From: Parasitella parasitica NRRL 2501
Lineage: Eukaryota; Fungi; Mucoromycota
DNA length: 64,000 bases
Assembly (NCBI GenBank): GCA_025201805.1
Contig: MU619263.1
Span: 195,715 to 259,714, forward strand
Reading direction: 5' to 3'
This document shows positions 62,974 to 64,000 of the stretch, in pieces. The notes under the pieces are model-generated. The model saw nothing but the letters and a program-made list of their open reading frames with translations, had not been told where the DNA came from and ran no database searches. Within the stretch, counting starts at the first letter, position 1, and each line of letters starts with the position of its first letter. A program made the position numbers and the translations under genes.

Positions 62974-64000
62974 CGTTTTAGAGTTTCGGTTCGGATGCAA
63001 ACAAAAACAAAAACAAAAAAACCAGCAATTGGCTTTTTTTGCATTTCTTATGTGACAGTGCTAGTATCGTTGATTGAGGCCTATCCATAGCAAGATGTTG
63101 CCGAATGGTGCTTGATGCTGTTTTTTCAATGGGAAATAAAGCTACAGCTTTAATCAATATATTTTTCTATTGATAAAAATAGCTTTATACCAATATGAAG
63201 TTTGATTTGCGAAAAACAAACAAACAAAAAGCCAAGGATTTAGCTCAAAAACTAGCTTTTTAATTTTTCAATTTTTCGTTTTTCACATACATACAAAGTA
63301 TACTTTTGAAAATTAATCAATCGTTGTGAAATCAAATTTCATGGCCACTTTACTTGATAAAACAGCACGTTTCAGACAGCATTTTGTCTAGATAAATTCA
63401 CATTTTCGCTTGCGATATTTCTGTTGAAGCTTTGGATCTCTATACCATTTCTCCATAGAGATACAGTAGAATCTATTGCACTGCTTATAAAATTTTCAAG
63501 GACATATAATATAATAAATCCAACTCTCCCTCTTCAAGGGCAAAACCCATAAAAAAAAAGAGAGAGACGTGTATTGCTTTCAAGCCTTCATGTCATATAG
63601 CTTAATCTATGATGAATCTTAATTTAATAACTTTAGTGTGAGTTGGTGGCGAACCTAGCCGCCTTATGTTTTTTCATTTCGTCAATTATCAACGTGCATC
63701 GTGATTTGAGGACATTCATTGTCTGCCAGATATAAGATTAATTAAAGCCATATAGCTAAATATATACTTCAGGGAGGAGAGTGTTATTTTTGGCTTCTGC
63801 ATACAAATAAACTTGATGCAATGTTTTGGGATATTCCAAATGCTTATAATATACTACGAAGCAATAATAGTCCCGCAAATTGTGTGTGCGTGTGCCAGAG
63901 CGAGCCACCCGTGTTTTTTTGTCTTTCCATCTTTGCCGAAATCAATGTCTGTTGCATTAAATAATCCAATAGCATCATTAGAGCAGCTAGAAACAACTGT

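Noticed and set aside
1-64000. tRNA, rRNA, CRISPR array, TPP riboswitch, SECIS/Sec readthrough or mating-type (sexM/sexP HMG) locus
   Set aside because: By eye, I found no T-arm in a non-coding cloverleaf, no spaced direct-repeat array, no TPP consensus, no in-frame TGA in conserved genes and no HMG box. Small snoRNAs cannot be excluded without Infernal.

Overview
Eukaryotic, intron-rich, gene-dense fungal DNA. Short introns (mostly 50-90 nt), long poly-A/T runs, the gene content and the FKBP12/transporter arrangement point to a Mucorales (Mucoromycota) genome; this is inference. I resolve about 29 protein-coding loci by hand-splicing. Several are missing from, or only fragmentary in, the ORF track: ZNHIT1/Vps71, MBF1, HYPK, FKBP12, PAM18 and ATG29. 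In order: small orphan ORF, C2H2 zinc-finger protein, ZNHIT1/VPS71, FANCM/Mph1, ERO1, HemW/RSAD1, orphan, bHLH-Zip TF, ATG29, uncertain ORF remnant, PA2G4/Ebp1, PAM18, Ppk16-like kinase, orphan, PPWD1 cyclophilin, cPLA2-like lipase, small orphan, MBF1, TBC RabGAP, malonyl-CoA decarboxylase, SEC22, RRM-like possible pseudogene, HYPK, Rab GDI, USP-domain protein, Shewanella-like phosphatase, NOT1, FKBP12 (fkbA) and a convergent APC-fold transporter (patA-like). There are five N-gaps. I found no tRNA, rRNA, CRISPR array or intact transposon. Most notable: (1) the tail-to-tail fkbA/patA-like pair with 56 bp between stops, the arrangement known from the Mucor RNAi-epimutation locus; (2) the transporter carries the residue pattern of the bacterial K+/H+ symporter KimA; (3) five frame-required GC-AG introns, all with GCAAGT donors; (4) a His-rich HYPK; (5) a Shewanella-like phosphatase with a signal peptide and C-terminal HEEL; (6) UPRE-like ACGT motifs upstream of four secretory-pathway genes. 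All exon structures were inferred by eye and need RNA-seq confirmation. I see no unambiguous novel multi-gene system.
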